A DNA stretch of 63,631 nucleotides, filler included, from Octopus bimaculoides (taxonomy: Eukaryota), in the NCBI RefSeq assembly GCF_001194135.2. It is 6 parts of 5 records of this genome, joined end to end, with 100 filler letters (N's around TTAATTAATTAA, not from the genome) between each part and the next. Parts side by side here need not be neighbours in the genome. Positions count along the whole stretch, not along the records: positions 1 to 10,585 come from NC_068994.1; positions 10,686 to 26,345 come from NC_069007.1; 4 more parts are not named here. One strand, 5' to 3'. The translations under genes and the position numbers were made by a program. Numbering within the stretch: position 1 is the first letter of the stretch; each line of letters starts with the position of its first letter. The notes beneath the pieces are model-generated. The model made no database searches, was not told the origin of the DNA, and worked only from the letters and a program-made list of their open reading frames with translations. This document shows, in pieces, positions 1-12,923 of this stretch.

Positions 1-81
1 TGTGTGTCTTTGTGTATGTGTATATACATATATATATATAGGTATACAAACAGGCATACATATATATGTATATACATATAC

Positions 82-150
<69 letters not shown>

Positions 151-661
151 ATGTATTTGTTTGTGTGTATGTGTATATATATATATTCGAAATGTTTTGT
201 TTTGTACTTTTACATTAGTGACTTGCTTCTCTAATGGAAATAGAACATGTATGTGCGCGACTGATTCCAAAATCAGCAGTTTCGTGACAAGCGAACATAG
301 AATAATTAAGAAAAGAAGATAAATAAATAAATAAATGTAATGATTCTCTAAATAAAACAAAGCAAAAAAAAAAACAAAACATAGAATAATAAAAATAATA
401 AAAAAATATCAGTGATGCCGAAATATGAAATCGAAATAGCAAAAGTGCAAAAACAAAATCAAAATAAACCTGCAGACCTGTAGAATAATAAGAGAGTATG
501 ATAAACAAGCGAAAGTGCGAGTGATGGTGTAAGTAATATCATGAGTCCCCCCCTTATCCTTCGCCCTGGTGGCAAATAAATGAAATCATCATCATCATCA
601 TTATTATTATTATTTTTATTATTATCCTCATCATTATTATTATTATTATTATCATTATTAA

Positions 662-731
<70 letters not shown>

Positions 732-1429
732 TTTCTTCTTCTTCTTCTTCTTCTTCTTCTTCTTCTTCTTCTTCTTCTTCTTCTTTTTCTTCTTCTTTTT
801 CTTCTTCTTGATATTATTGGTAGTAGTAGAAGTAGTGTGGAANNNNNNNNNNNNNNNNNNNNNNNNNNNNNNNNNNNNNNNNNNNNNNNNNNNNNNNNNN
901 NNNNNNNNNNNNNNNNNNNNNNNNNNNNNNNNNNNNNNNNNNNNNNNNNNNNNNNNNNNNNNNNNNNNNNNNNNNNNNNNNNNNNNNNNNNNNNNNNNNN
1001 NNNNNNNNNNNNNNNNNNNNNNNNNNNNNNNNNNNNNNNNNNNNNNNNNNNNNNNNNNNNNNNNNNNNNNNNNNNNNNNNNNNNNNNNNNNNNNNNNNNN
1101 NNNNNNNNNNNNNNNNNNNNNNNNNNNNNNNNNNNNNNNNNNNNNNNNNNNNNNNNNNNNNNNNNNNNNNNNNNNNNNNNNNNNNNNNNNNNNNNNNNNN
1201 NNNNNNNNNNNNNNNNNNNNNNNNNNNGAGTAAAGTTCTTCGATGTACAGAAGAAATATATATCCTTATATATCTGTTTATGTATGTATGTATGTATCTA
1301 TCTATCTATCTATCTATCGATCTATATGTATGTATGTATGTATGTATGTATCTGTATAATAATAATAACAAATACAACAACCACCACCACAACAAAATGA
1401 ACAACAACAACAATAAATATAACAATAAC

Positions 1430-1485
<56 letters not shown>

Positions 1486-2152
1486 TAATAATAATAATAA
1501 TAATAATAATAAGAATAATAATAATAAGAATAATAATAATAATAATAAGAAGAAGAAGAAGAAGAGAATGAATGAAAAGAAGACGCAGAAGATATGAGTT
1601 AAGGGAAGGGAATGAGAAGATAAGAAGTAAAATATTATTTTGGCTTAAAATTGAAAATGTACTGAAAAAGAAAAAAAAAACCAAGTTCGCAACAATAGCA
1701 ATAACAACCAAAAATGATAAATAATAATAATAATAATAAAAATAATAATGATAATAATAATAATGGAATCGAAATGCGGAATAAAACGAAACATAATAGG
1801 AATTGGAACAGTTAACGAGAGATGTGTGATGTGCGTGGGTGGCGGCGGTGGTTGGAACAGTGGGAAGAGAAGGATTGTGGGAAACGGGAAAATTACTGAG
1901 GAAGACAGCTTGAGATGAAGGAAAGCACACACGCATACATACGCACATAAAAATACTTGCATACACACGAACACAGTCATACCTGTATGCATGTATGTAA
2001 GTTTATATAAATATATATTTATATATGTGTGTCGGTGTGTGTATGTATGTATATTTATATGTGTGTGTATGTGAATATGTGTGTACATTAATGCATAATT
2101 ATGTGTGTATCTGTATGTATGTATATATGTATGTATATATATGTATATACAG

Positions 2153-2184
<32 letters not shown>

Positions 2185-2213
2185 GCGCGCGCGCGTGTGT
2201 GNNNNNNNNNNAC

Positions 2214-2259
<46 letters not shown>

Positions 2260-3370
2260 ATCTATCTATCTATCTATCTACCCGTATAAGGCATGTAATA
2301 AAAGCCTGCCTAAACACGTGTCTTCACAGCAAGAAACTATTAGTAGCTCTTGTCTTTACACTATGTAAATTAAATTTTATATATATATGTATATATATAT
2401 ATGTGTGTATGTGTGTGTGCTTATGTGTGTGTATGTGTGTGTGTATATGTGTGTGTGTATGTGTGTGTGTGCATATAAACAGAAACATTCATACATGCGT
2501 ACATGCATAAATAGACACGCACACACACATATATATGTATGTATATATATTTATACGCACACACATAAATATATAAATATATATGAAAGGAAAGAGAAGG
2601 GGGGGAAGGGGGAGGAGAGAGAAATAGTGATAGAGAAGAAGGAGAAGGGAGATCAGGGAAATTCGATGATAAGGCAAATATCAACGTGGACAAACGGGAA
2701 AGGGATATATAAATTCTGAAGAATTATTGAGGACGAAAAATGCATTGTAAATCATCAAATTATAGAACATTGAAATATAATAAAATAGACAAATTAAACG
2801 GCCATTTTTGAAATCGCTAGGGATTTTGGGAAATGTCGGTTAACTAAAATGAAAGATGAAAATTTCAAGAAAATAAAAAATTGTTAAAATAAAGGAAATT
2901 GTGCAATAAAAATGCAAAAGGTTCTGTCTCTAATTGATGTTGTTCTTCATCGTGGAAATCGATCAAATATCGATCTTTCTATTAAAAAAAAAAATCCTTC
3001 TTCTTCTTCTTCTTCTTCTTCTTCTTCTTCTTCTTCTTCTTCTTCTTCTTCTTCTTCTTCTTCTTNNNNNNNNNNNNNNNNNNNNNNNNNNNNNNNNNNN
3101 NNNNNNNNNNNNNNNNNNNNNNNNNNNNNNNNNNNNNNNNNNNNNNNNNNNNNNNNNNNNNNNNNNNNNNNNNNNNNNNNNNNNNNNNNNNNNNNNNNNN
3201 NNNNNNNNNNNNNNNNNNNNNNNNNNNNNNNNNNNNNNNNNNNNNNNNNNNNNNNNNNNNNNNNNNNNNNNNNNNNNNNNNNNNNNNNNNNNNNNNNNNN
3301 NNNNNNNNNNNNNNNNNNNNNNNNNNNNNACCACCACCACCACCACCACAACAACAACAACAACATTATT
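1..3370. repeat. Microsatellite block: (TA)n, (TG)n, (ATT)n, (CTT)n, (CTAT)n, (AAT)n, (ACC)n
   Basis: Directly visible; similar tracts recur across the window and border most assembly gaps. Confidence 0.95.
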
Positions 3371-5556
3371 TAAATGTATTAGGAAATGAAAAATTAAATA
3401 AGTTCACCCTTCACATGGAAAACGAAAACCAACGCTAAAAAAATAAATCCCAAACAAAAAACATAGAGAGAGAGATATAGAGAAAGATAGAGAGAGAGAG
3501 TAGGTGACCCCCTTCGGTCATGAATGACCATGGGATTGCACCTAGAAATTTACACTCCGAGGCACAAGTCCGGACAATGTTGTTCATGGAAGACCACCAG
3601 TCGTCCACGCATGCCAGTCTCTCCTTTCCACGCTACCGATGTTTACCGAGGGAAAGCAAAGGTCAAAGCAGCTTGGCACCAGTGACAACGTCGCAATTCA
3701 TTTGTGTGAACTGGAGCAATGTGAAATAAAGTGTCTTGCTCAAGAACGCTGGACAGTCTATCGGGCGAAACGTTGTGTTAACGACAAACAAGATGAGGAC
3801 AAATATCCACCAAATGTAAATTATGTAAATAATGTAAATAATCCCTCATCTCTTAAATATAGAACTGTAGTAAGGTTTTTGACAGTGACTTCGAAAGTTT
3901 CGGTTAGTTGAGCAATTCTTGTTTAAGAAAATGAACTTGTGCTCTACAAAAGTATAGAGTAACACATCAGATTATTGCAAAATTGTTTCTATTATAACTG
4001 AATTCCCCCCACACTCATGGACACACACACATATATGGAAGGAGAAAGAGAGAGAGAGAGAGAAGATCGGTTAGTATATAGAAGGTGGTGTAAGAATGAA
4101 AACATCTTTAAGTATATAATGTTGCTTACTGAAACGGAGACATTTACTAAATGACCCGACATTGTGATTAAAGATTATGAACAGACATTATGTACATTGA
4201 AGGAAATAACAAGAAACTATTATTGGAAATAGCTAAACAGCATGATAACCAACTAGTTCAGTATATGTATGTATGACTTGCAGCATATTTTATAAATTGA
4301 AAGTGTATTTTGTAGATAAATAATATAAGAGTTATTAACATCGATATTATTATGTTCCATTTTCCTATGGTTATAACTCACGTTCTCTATGGTTACATCT
4401 GGCGCTGAAATGATATCTTACAGAAAGATACTAAATGAATAAGGAACATTAAATATATATTAACTCGATTTTAACATCACAAACTAATTGATAAATTTTG
4501 ATTTTATTATGTTCTTTGGGAAGACTCCGATCTAAAGGCCGATAGCATGTACAGATATGTCAACAGAGTTGCTTTTGCTGGGATGTTTGGACTGCTAGAA
4601 ATAGCAGCAAATCGGTCAGCCAGGCAAACAGACGGACAGATCTTTTTGAAATCATTCACATCACACCTATCGACTTAAAATAGGAAAATCACATTAGGTA
4701 ATGTAATAATGGATTAACACTGTCCGTAACAGAAAAAAAAGGGAAGACGAGATGGCCACGGCATAAAACGCATATAATTATAATTCTGCAGGGGCTAAGC
4801 GACATCCACAACCAGGATAATTAAATCTTTTTAAACTAATGCACAAATAAGTTGGAATATAGACATAGCAACAACGATGACAACAACAACAACAACAATT
4901 TATTGCTGTTAGCTACAATGATTTCTAAGCGAGATACAAAGCCATAAATTTGTGAAGAGATGTACAAATGATTTAATTGGTATATCTACTTTATTTTATC
5001 GATCACGAAACGATAAAAATGTGTCTTTATCGCATTTAAGAAATTATTATTATTATGATGGAATGTCGAAGCGGCTTGATGGCAGAATCATTACCTCATC
5101 AAATTAAATTCTAGGCTTTTAATTGTTCTGGCGCTCCACTTTCTGGGTTCAAAATCCTATCGATGTAAGTAAGCTAAGTACCAGTCAAATATTGAGGGCA
5201 ATGTAATCAACTACCCTCTGCCATGTAAAATCCTCGGCCTTGTACCAACATTTTGAAAACTGTAATTTTTATTCGTTGCTGATTGCGTTCAGATGTTCCA
5301 AAGTTCCCTCCGAGAATTTTCGATGTTTCTCAAGGGTGCTTGAAGAAACTAATTTTTAATTCGGGTATTATTTCACGGAAAGAGTCTGTTACTAAATATT
5401 TTAGAATGTCGGCAGAGGTAAAGAATACGTACACCAGCCGTTTTCGGCGTAACCCTAACCCTAAAGCATTACTCTAACCCTATCCCTAAACACTGGGTGT
5501 GCGTATTATTTACCATCGCCGGAATGTCTGCCTTTCAAGACATTCTTCAGGAACGG

Positions 5557-5614
<58 letters not shown>

Positions 5615-8600
5615 TACGACGGGCTTCATTCAGTTTCCGCCTACCAAGTTCGCTCATAAGATTTTGGTTGGCCAGAGGTTATTTTGAAAGACACTTGCCC
5701 AACGTGCCACGCGGTAGGACTGAAACCAGAGCCATGTGGTTAGAAAACAGGTATGATTGTAATTGGCTTATTCGACAATATGTGTAAAAGTTTATCGAAT
5801 GCATCGCATATTGATATTCTTCTACGGCGGATTTTAAAAGTAAAACTCAGCATTTCTTCCATATGATTAGAACTGATTGATTTCCAGAGCAAAATATAGG
5901 AAAATTGCCGGAGGAATGTAGTAATGGATATAACGGACTTGCATTTCTTTTCATTTTTGTTTCCTAAAAATATGGTTTATACTGCACATGGGCTAACCCA
6001 AACAGTTGCAATACGTTTCAATCATGGCTGAAATTACTGTGACCTGGGACGACAGCTTGACATTTCTCACCTACTGAAGAAAACCAAATATCACGCTTTG
6101 GTTAATTAAGGTTCTTTTCAACAGATGGCACGCAGGCTCATTCCCTTTTGAAGATGGATGTTGTAGTTTTTTTCCCCTCTTTTATCAAGATCGCTGCGAT
6201 ATTCACTGCATTTTAACTCTTATTCCTGCAGAGGGTGATGTTAAATTATTAAATGGTTAGTTTTAACCTGATAAATTTCTGTAATAATCTAACGTAAATC
6301 AAGTGACTTGGCCTCAGATTTATAGATAGAGCTTTTCTGAATTTCATGACTTCGCAACACATTACCATAAATGAAGTAAAATAGCTTTAATGGCATATCA
6401 AGATGACATGAATGTCACTAAGCTTTATAGGTATTCGCTACATAAAGAACGTAAATTTGATCGGGCATAAAAGCCCTAAATTTAAAGAGAAGAGCATGAT
6501 ATGTTGTGATGTTTATCACTTTCCAAATGACATCAGTAATTAAGTGAATTCAAATGGCATTCAACCATGAAATCTCATTTCAGTTTCGGTTTATCACGAG
6601 CTTTCATTTTGCTAACGGCTTATATACAATATATAATTAAAGAATTGAGTGACTGATTGATTCATCGATTGATTAAGTAAGGGAGAAGGGTAGGAAGAGG
6701 TAGCGGGTAGGTGATTGGTGGATATTTGAGAATGTGTCATCGAGAATTTGTGAGAAATTCTAACGGTCAAACGTCTCTGACGCGGCATTAAAAAGGAATT
6801 TAGTTGCGTCATGTCATAAGGTAGCATTGAATCTTTGAATGTTCACTTCTATCTCCTTCATCTACCAACCGGAAAATCTCCCACAGTTTATATTTAACCG
6901 GTACATCAAATTAAAGCTGTTCACGGACTGTTTTTTGTGTTAGTTTACTTTAGCGAGATAGACTTCAACCAAGTCACGTGAGTACCGAGATCTTGAGCTA
7001 ATTCCCGTGAATTCACGTATCTTGATTGTCACACCCTTCAATGGACGCTCGTGAATTACGAGACCTGCCACCTCCTCCTGTAAAATCTGATACTTTCAAC
7101 CTGAATTGCAAGACATTCACCCAGCTCTAGTCACTTCTGAGATATCTTACGAAACTTCGTAGATTCTGATAGACACATACAAGCACGAAGTCTGGAATTT
7201 TGATATCTAGACATGCCATTCCTATTTAATGGTTTTTAAAGCAGAACATCTTTAAATGAAGATAGACGTATCTGTTACCATTTTAACAACATAACAAATA
7301 TCCCAGGTTACTACAGGGCAGAGTCTGTCCTGTAGTAAGCATGAGACATGTCTTTGTTTTAAGGATAATATCTTCTTTTCCTCATACCAGTTTCAAAGGT
7401 CTGAAAACGTCATGGGCTCTGAGTGAGTCACTCAATATGTTTACGGACAGTCAATCGCTGCTATAAAATATTTAGATGTAATCAAAAGTTTCCACTCTGT
7501 GGTTATAAAGCGGGCCAGTTGATCGAACTTTTATGATCAAAAGAAACGTACAAATGGTTGATCAGTTTTAGAGATCATTCTTCAGAAATATCTTTGTAGT
7601 TCTTGTCAACAAATTAACTGAAGCGTGTTTTCGATTCCTTCTCAGAAAACATACAACATGTTTGAACTTACGATACGTTCCTGATCAAGTAAACACACAT
7701 CACCGTAACACTGCAATCATTCCAATTCTTTCAGAGATATAAATTTAATAAGAATATATCAGGTAATCAAAAGTGTCTGATTGGGAAGAACAACACTTGT
7801 CTACATTTTACAACATTTAAACCATCAACGAGCAATGTCCTTGTTCTGTTTCACTTTCCATTTAGGCAACGGTTCATATTCGTGAGCCACCTATGTATAC
7901 AAAACATGTAGAAGCTCCACCCTTGGCTCCTCTTTCATGTCTATCCTTAGGGCATTAGTGACATAATTAAATTGATATTGTTTGAAACAGGATTCGAAAT
8001 TGCACCGTGGGCCCGTGGAGAGTTCACTTTTAGTTTAAGTGTTCACTACATTTGATAATCTATTATTGATTTTCTACATTCACAAACGTTTAAAATTTAT
8101 AGCAAAAGGAAAAACCAGTTCACGCATTTAGTTGTTTTATTTCCTCTTCTTTTTCTTTTTTTCTGCCTTCCAAGGGCCTTAGTAACGTAAATGAAGCGGA
8201 AAACCTGCTATCAAGAAAGTAAATTTCATATTTAAACTATTTCAAATCTTTTTCTGTGAATGATACACGATTTGTACATCGTTCTAAATGGGTAAAATAC
8301 ACACACACAAAAATAAAGTATTTTTTAACCTAAGAAAATATTTCTTATTTCCAATTCCAAATACCATGCTGTCAATGGAAAACGGTCGTTATGTTTTTCG
8401 TTTTATCCGTGGTTTTTGCTTTTAAATTCTTTTGTTTTTAGATATTTTCAAGAATAATGAAAATAAATCTTAAACCTAAAACTTTATAAAAACGCAGTTA
8501 CGCGCTTTTGTTTTAAAAATTTTCGAATGAAAACGAAAAGACGGAAAAAAATTTAAATAACAACAACAACAACAACAATAATAATAATAATAATAATAAT

Positions 8601-9479
8601 AATGATAATAATGATAATAATAATAATAGGTAAACGTAAAATCTAAAGGGAGATAATATTAAAAAATAATAGGAGGGACATTCTCTTTATGAAATTTGTC
8701 AAATAAATAATAAAATTATTGAGCATCTTTAACAATTACGATGTTTTAAAGATGAAATATGACTTATAAATCGCTCAATTCTTGGTGACGATAAATAATC
8801 GACCAGGCCATTAATTAAAACTTGCGTTCATCTTTAAAAAACAACACAAAAATGGAACTACACCACCACCATCACCACTAACAACAAACAACAACAACAA
8901 CGAAAAACAATATCATCTTTTGTTAACTAGATCCATTCTTTTCCTTCTTTTATATTCTTCATTTTTTGTCGTATTCTGTTTTTTTTTTGTGCGTGTTGTT
9001 ATATTTAATAAGAGACATTTGATCGGCGCCATCTTTATTCATTCAGAATTGCTACCAATGACGTAAGCGGCAAATATCAAAATATCATAACCAAGATGAT
9101 TGGATAGTCTTCGGGGAAGGATGAATATTGAAAGGTAAGATTAAGGAAATAAAATAAAAGACTACGAAAAAAAAAAAAAGAAAAGAAAAAAGGAGCAAAC
9201 GAAATGAAATGAAATGAAATCGCTACAGAAAGTAATTAATGAAGCTTGAGCAGGTATTCTCTGGAGAATGGAATATTTTTTCCGAATCTATTAACTAATT
9301 GCAAAACAGGCACACATATGAACACACAAACGCACACGTACACACACGTGCACGCACGCACACACATGAATATATATATACATATGTATATATATAAACT
9401 TATAAATATAAATATATATATTCATATATTTACATATACTTTGTATGTATATATTATGGATGTCATATATTTAATATAT

Positions 9480-9548
<69 letters not shown>

Positions 9549-10934
9549 NNNNNNNNNNNNNNNNNNNNNNNNNNNNNNNNNNNNNNNNNNNNNNNNNNNN
9601 NNNNNNNNNNNNNNNNNNNNNNNNNNNNNNNNNNNNNNNNNNNNNNNNNNNNNNNNNNNNNNNNNNNNNNNNNNNNNNNNNNNNNNNNNNNNNNNNNNNN
9701 NNNNNNNNNNNNNNNNNNNNNNNNNNNNNNNNNNNNNNNNNNNNNNNNNNNNNNNNNNNNNNNNNNNNNNNNNNNNNNNNNNNNNNNNNNNNNNNNNNNN
9801 NNNNNNNNNNNNNNNNNNNNNNNNNNNNNNNNNNNNNNNNNNNNNNNNNNNNNNNNNNNNNNNNNNNNNNNNNNNNNNNNNNNNNNNNNNNNNNNNNNNN
9901 NNNNNNNNNNNNNNNNNNNNNNNNNNNNNNNNNNNNNNNNNNNNNNNNNNNNNNNNNNNNNNNNNNNNNNNNNNNNNNNNNNNNNNNNNNNNNNNNNNNN
10001 NNNNNNNNNNNNNNNNNNNNNNNNNNNNNNNNNNNATATATACGTATCTAACTAGGTGTAGTTAAGTGTGATTTATTACATAATTTCCTACCTTCAATAC
10101 ATTCATATGGTTAGCTGCGTAGAGGTACCACATATATTTACTGTAAACCAACTTATGCGATCTCTTGATATCTACATTTTCTTACACACCTCTATACCTG
10201 TGGATACTGATTCATTATTATTATTATTATTATTATTATTTTATGTTTGACTTTTGTTTTGCATTTGTACAAGTTGGATCCAAGTCTCACCCAGAGACCT
10301 CAAGAGACAACAAGTTAGAAGTTCATGTAGGTGTTATGCCTAGGGTACCATATATTTGGATTTGTACAGTTTTGTTCAAGTGAATGTTTAAGAAACCATA
10401 AGAAAATTATGTTTGCTTTAAAATTTGAGATCACATAGACAGTATTTTACGTAGGATATGGGCAGTTCCCATGAGCACTATCTTTTGGACTTCAGCCATT
10501 TTGGGGTTTCCTGGTATCTGAGCTAGGTAGTAATCAGCCCGTTTCGCTGTCATTCCCAGGGCACCTATGACAATAGGTATTGTTTNNNNNNNNNNNNNNN
10601 NNNNNNNNNNNNNNNNNNNNNNNNNNNNNTTAATTAATTAANNNNNNNNNNNNNNNNNNNNNNNNNNNNNNNNNNNNNNNNNNNNGCACAGGTGCCATTG
10701 ACGGTTTCGCTTTCGCTTGCCCCAATAAGTCTTCGCAAGCCGAGTTTCGTTTCCAATGAAGGAGACGACGTTGGCATGGGTGCCAGTCGTCGAATTTAAT
10801 TCGATTTCAATTTCACTTGCCTCAACAGGTCTTCGCAAGCGGAGTTTAGTGTCCAATGAAGGAAAGGTACGCATAAGTGGGCTGCCTGAGGCCTAATGAG
10901 GACGATGACAATACATACAATCATTACAACTCAC

Positions 10935-11197
10935 CCTGGCAAACTCCTTAATAGTCTCTGTCTTGCCAACCGACGAGGCCCCTGTGATTGTTGCACACTG
11001 GTAATTTTTCAAGCTCTGTGTAAGTGAAAGCATGGCTCTATTGGTAAGAGGATTGTGAATGAACATCAACCCTGACTTAGGACCGAGGTACTCATAGGCA
11101 TAAGGTGTTGACACTGTAAGCTGTATGACCCGGCATTGGCTCATCTCATAGGCTGTCTTCACAATGGTTTTGGAGCGAGCCAAGTCCACTTCCTTTT
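10935..11197 (-). CDS. DNHD1: DNHD1-like exon I (start of AAA1 with Walker A)
   Basis: ...YAYEYLGPKSGLMFIHNPLTNRAMLSLTQSLKNYQCATITGASSVGKTETIKEFAR carries the dynein YEYLG motif and a GxxxxGKT P-loop; ttccag acceptor, GTGAGT donor. Confidence 0.95.
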
Positions 11198-11239
11198 CTG
11201 GAAATTTATGAAAAACAAAAAGAAAAAAAGAAAAGAAAA

Positions 11240-11710
11240 GAAGTTAAAAACATTGGTTTCAAATTAAAAATTTTGGGCCTCGGCAGAATTTGAACCCGGA
11301 ATGTAAAGATGAACAAAATGCTGCTAAGGAATTTTGCCCAGTAAGCTAATGATTTTGGCCAATATACTAACGATTCTGGCCAATATGCTAATGATTCTGG
11401 CCAGTATGCGAACAATTTTGGCCAGTACGCTAACAATTTTGCTAGCTTAGAAATTAGAAATATTGGTTTTAAATTTTGGCACACAGCCAGAAAATTTGGG
11501 AGAAGTGATGAGATAATTACATTGGACCCCAGCACTCAGCTGGTACTTATTTTATTGACCCTGAAAGGATGAAAAGTAAAGTTGACCTCAGTGGAATTTG
11601 ACCTTGGCAGAATTTGACCTTGGTGGAATTTGAACTCAAAATACGAAGATGGACAAAATGCTGCTAAGCATTTTTGTCCGGAATGCTAATGATTCTGATA
11701 GCTCACCATC
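11240..11710 (+). mobile_element. SINE fragments with an internal 21-bp tandem expansion (about 11337-11445)
   Basis: GGAATTTGAACTC...TACTTATTTTATTGACC...GAAAGGATGAAA body; five units like CCAATATGCTAATGATTCTGG. Related copies at about 24910-25250, 34590-34825 and 59670-60125. Confidence 0.7.
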
Positions 11711-12309
11711 TTAGGAATTAGAAATATTAAATTGTTAAACAGCTCAAAAGTTCCGAGTTCAAATCCTACCAAGATTAACATTTTTTTAAAATATATTATT
11801 CAAGAATTGATAGTTAAATAATGGGGTTGACTTTATCAATATCAAAATTAAATTTCCATCCTTGTGTCTATGGCAGAAATGATAGTAATAACAACAATTC
11901 TTCTTCTTCTCTCCTCTTCCTTTTTCTTCCTGCTACCCCTGCTCCTCCTCCTCCTCCTATTCTTTCTTCCCTCCCTTCTTTCTCCCTCCTCTTCTTCTTT
12001 CGTCTCCTTTCTCCTCCACCACCGCTTCCTCCTTGCAGTAAACTATACTCTACTAATATGACTATTTACAAAGATGGTAGCTACACCATTTAGAACAATA
12101 AAAAAAATTCTTGATCAATGAACTTATACCAGCTCCCTGCCCCATGGCTCCTAATCACAGCTAGGTGGACTGAGCTGTTAAGAGTTAAAAAAAAAACAAA
12201 GATTCATCAAAATCTGTTCCTGCAAGGAAATTCCTTTTCCAGAAAGTAGGCAGACAAGGATAAAGAAATGGTTGGGAACCATTCCTTGTATTCTAAAAAT
12301 AAACAATGA

Positions 12310-12465
12310 CACAGGTATGGCTGAGTGGTAAGATGTTTGGTTCACAACCACAAGGTTCTGGGTTTGTAGCACTTTGGGCAAGTGTTTTCTATTACAATCT
12401 CGGACCGACCAAAGCCTTACAAGTGGATTTGGGAGAGGGAAACTGAAAGAAGCCCACTGTGTGTG

Positions 12466-12499
<34 letters not shown>

Positions 12500-12700
12500 A
12501 CAGTCTTTGTGTCTGTGTTTGTCCCCCACCACCACTTGACAACTGGCGTTGGCATATTTACATCCCCATAACTTAGTAGTTCAGCAAAAAACGACCGATA
12601 GAATAAGTACCAGACTTGCAAAAAATAAAAAAGTACTGGTGTTGATTCATTCAGCTAAAAGTCCTTCAAGGTGGTGCTCCAGCATGGCCACAGTTTAATG
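12310..12700 (+). mobile_element. tRNA-derived SINE with internal (TG)n
   Basis: GGTATGGCTGAGTGGTAAG...CTTTGGGCAAGTG...CGGACCGACCAAAGCC...GGAAACTGAAAGAAGCCC. Partial copies at about 5610-5750, 13510-13650, 15335-15550, 16505-16670, 20270-20430 and 33030-33240. Confidence 0.75.
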
Positions 12701-12708
12701 ACTAAAAC

Positions 12709-12756
<48 letters not shown>

Positions 12757-12782
12757 AAAGAAATAAACCTGAAAATTCTTAC

Positions 12783-12923
12783 CATTTGCCTTTAGAGAGA
12801 GATCAGGGGTCAGATCTATCTCAGGTTCAGCCCTCAGAACTGGTTTATAGTCCATTTGGTGCCTCAAACAGATTTTCCATTCAAAACATTTGTTGTCCAC
12901 GGGACTTTCACTGTTGAGTATTT
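12783..12923 (-). CDS. DNHD1: DNHD1-like exon H
   Basis: ILNSESPVDNKCFEWKICLRHQMDY... corresponds to dynein 'V....DF.W..QLRYY'; ctgcag acceptor, GTAAGA donor, phase 1-1. Confidence 0.9.

Noticed and set aside
2-3389. Long ORF-track entries such as poly-YI, poly-L, poly-N, poly-S and X-runs
   Set aside because: Read-through of microsatellites and gaps; no domain content.
3745-3870. Partial hammerhead-tail copy (GCGAAACGTTGTGTT)
   Set aside because: 5'-truncated and lacking CTGATGA; counted only as a fragment of the 18-kb family.
5521-5553. CTGAAGA plus hairpin on the minus strand
   Set aside because: No GAAA after the stem and no NUH or stem I; not a hammerhead.
10630-10641. TTAATTAATTAA islands inside N-runs (also 26390, 35444, 56769, 62127)
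   Set aside because: An identical 12-mer centred in fixed-size gaps, with stops in all six frames, is assembler padding rather than biology.
10686-10885. Repeated GTCTTCGCAAGC.GAGTTT.GT.TCCAATGAAGGA motif, superficially repeat-spacer-like
   Set aside because: Only two units, ending in GCATAAGTGGGCTG like the RTE 3' region at 40445; a LINE tail, not CRISPR or a ribozyme.
12178-12295. Candidate extra DNHD1 exon near 12190-12293
   Set aside because: Exons H and I already join in phase; no good donor and no dynein-like peptide in any frame.
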